Source of the DNA: a virus
Lineage: Duplodnaviria > Caudoviricetes
Reading direction: 5' to 3' (one strand)
Virus record (IMG/VR): IMGVR_UViG_3300032293_001397
Span: 1 to 27,214 of that record
DNA: 27,214 bases
Position 1 is the stretch's first letter. Every line of letters begins with the position of its first letter. The notes under the pieces were generated by a model. The model ran no database searches and was not told the origin of the DNA. It was given only the letters and a program-made list of their open reading frames with translations. Both the position numbers and the translations under genes were made by a program. This document shows positions 25,894 to 27,214 of this stretch, piece by piece.

Positions 25894-27213
25894 TTATCCT
25901 ATACACGCATTGCAGTCCCAATATGTACCACTTGGGCACTCGTTTGGAGGATCAAAGCAACCAGAAGGTGGAGCTGATGGCGGACTTGATGCTGGTGGAC
26001 TTGATGCTGGCGGACTTGATGCTGGTGGACTTGATGCTGGTGGACTTGATGCTGGTGGACTTGATGCTGCTGGGGTTGCCGAAATTGTTCCAGAAGAAAC
26101 AACAGAAGAGGTTCCAGCTGAATTTGTTGCTGTTGCAAAAGCTTTAAATATATTTACTGGTGATACAGCATCAGATGGACTTATTGTATATGTACATTCT
26201 GATGCTCCTCCCACTGAAAATGATACTATGTCGCTAGTTGCAGTAGGAATAGTTGGGAAAAGGGCGGTTCTTATAACTACACTATAGGATTCTGGAGAGC
26301 CCGACCAACCTGAAGTTGAAGCTGTAATTACACTGCCTGGTGTGCTGCTTCCCGTAAGAGAAACAGATCCTCCAGAAGGAACAGATATAGCTGTATTCCA
26401 TACAGCAGTAAAGGTTATGTTGAATGTTGGTGTATAGGAACCACCCGCTAAAACTATTGTTGGATTTACTGGAATTCCTGGTGGTGGGTTTCTCCAATAA
26501 GCAAATGTAAAACCTGATCTTGTCGGTGTTGGAGCAGTAACAGATACACCAGCATTTACCGTATTTGATGTAGGAGAAACTGTTCCTCCGTTAGGGTCCC
26601 AGCTTACTGTGTATTGTACTTCTGCCCATTTTGCATATAAAATAACAGAAGCATTTGCTGTATATGAACCTCCAGCGGAATAGTTTGTGCCAGTTCCATT
26701 TGCCGCAGTATTCCAACCATTAAAAGTAAATCCGCTTCTAGTTGGGGTCGTTAGGCTTAAAGTTAAAGTGACATCTTGTGTTTTGGTTTGGCCTGAAGGT
26801 GATCCAGTTCCTCCGTTTGAATCATATAAAACTGAATACTCTGCTGGTGGCTCAAGAACTATGGCGTTAGATACGGCAGCCTGCACCGAAGGTCCTCCGT
26901 CATTAATTGCATTAACTGTAACGACGTAATCTCTATAGTAGGACCCAGCAAATGAGTCTGTTGTTCCTGATATCAAAACATTTCTCACTGGATCTGGCAA
27001 GTAAGGGTCTTGCTGATACCACTTATATCTGTAAGATGTTGGGCTGTTAGTCCATTCTCCTGAAGTTACCGACATGTTATTGTTTGAAGAAATTGATAGC
27101 ACTGGCTCAGATATATTAGAAGGCGGATTAACCGCAGGACTTGCCGTAAGGTAATAGTCTGCAGATGCTGTATTCCCAGTAGAAGAAGTTACTGTTACTG
27201 TTCCAGTATAAGT
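25894..27213 (-). CDS. Tail fibre/adhesin-like protein, 5' truncated; Ig-like domains, two InlB B (Listeria-Bacteroides) repeats, (ASSPP)6, Cys-rich tip
   Basis: Frame is open to the window end; YDSNGG..PTRSGFTFNGWNT..LYAKW and WDPNGG..PTRSGFTFAYW..FTAVW repeats; S/T-rich beta domains. Confidence 0.8.
   Translation of the reverse strand, partial: TYTGTVTVTSSTGNTASADYYLTASPAVNPPSNISEPVLSISSNNNMSVTSGEWTNSPTSYRYKWYQQDPYLPDPVRNVLISGTTDSFAGSYYRDYVVTVNAINDGGPSVQAAVSNAIVLEPPAEYSVLYDSNGGTGSPSGQTKTQDVTLTLSLTTPTRSGFTFNGWNTAANGTGTNYSAGGSYTANASVILYAKWAEVQYTVSWDPNGGTVSPTSNTVNAGVSVTAPTPTRSGFTFAYWRNPPPGIPVNPTIVLAGGSYTPTFNITFTAVWNTAISVPSGGSVSLTGSSTPGSVITASTSGWSGSPESYSVVIRTALFPTIPTATSDIVSFSVGGASECTYTISPSDAVSPVNIFKAFATATNSAGTSSVVSSGTISATPAASSPPASSPPASSPPASSPPASSPPASSPPSAPPSGCFDPPNECPSGTYWDCNACIG
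25979..26068. repeat. Tandem repeat, 6 x 15 bp, encoding (ASSPP)6
   Basis: GG(C/T)GGACTTGATGCT x6 on the + strand. Confidence 0.97.
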
Positions 27214-27214
27214 A

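Noticed and set aside
25860-26287. Alternative-frame ORFs with HQHQV, DAGGL or LMLVD repeats, or the array as a CRISPR
   Set aside because: These frames are by-products of the stop-free 15-bp repeat inside the fibre gene, and the units are contiguous with no spacers.
252-26929. All plus-strand ORFs and nested minus-strand ORFs in the track
   Set aside because: They are shadows of well-supported minus-strand genes and show no recognisable motifs.

Overview
AT-rich fragment of a large tailed dsDNA phage, with every credible gene on the minus strand. In transcription order (right to left) it carries: the C-terminal part of an Ig/InlB-repeat fibre-like protein ending in (ASSPP)6 plus a Cys-rich tip, a metallophosphoesterase, a replication/recombination block (DnaB, primase, gp32-like SSB, DnaE, MazG, RecA, resolvase, Cas4-like nuclease, RuvC), a glycosyltransferase/nucleotidyltransferase/Nmad1 trio, the terminase subunits, three tRNAs, a CHAP amidase, a thermonuclease, Hsp20 and an FmdB-type Zn ribbon. 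Gene content and order resemble large actinobacterial phages, but the host is inferred only. Modifying enzymes are scattered between the core genes: five Fe(II)/2OG or cupin oxygenases, a sulfotransferase-like protein, an SDR and a GT32-like glycosyltransferase. The best candidate for a new system is a prolyl-hydroxylase-like gene starting 2 nt after the Ser-Pro-Pro repeat fibre gene, suggesting phage-encoded hydroxylation and possibly glycosylation of a virion fibre. Non-coding highlights are a ROSE-like thermometer before hsp20, a small pseudoknot after it, a tRNA-Leu without a long variable arm and a recurring TGnTATAAT promoter. All calls come from reading motifs by eye; no database search was run.
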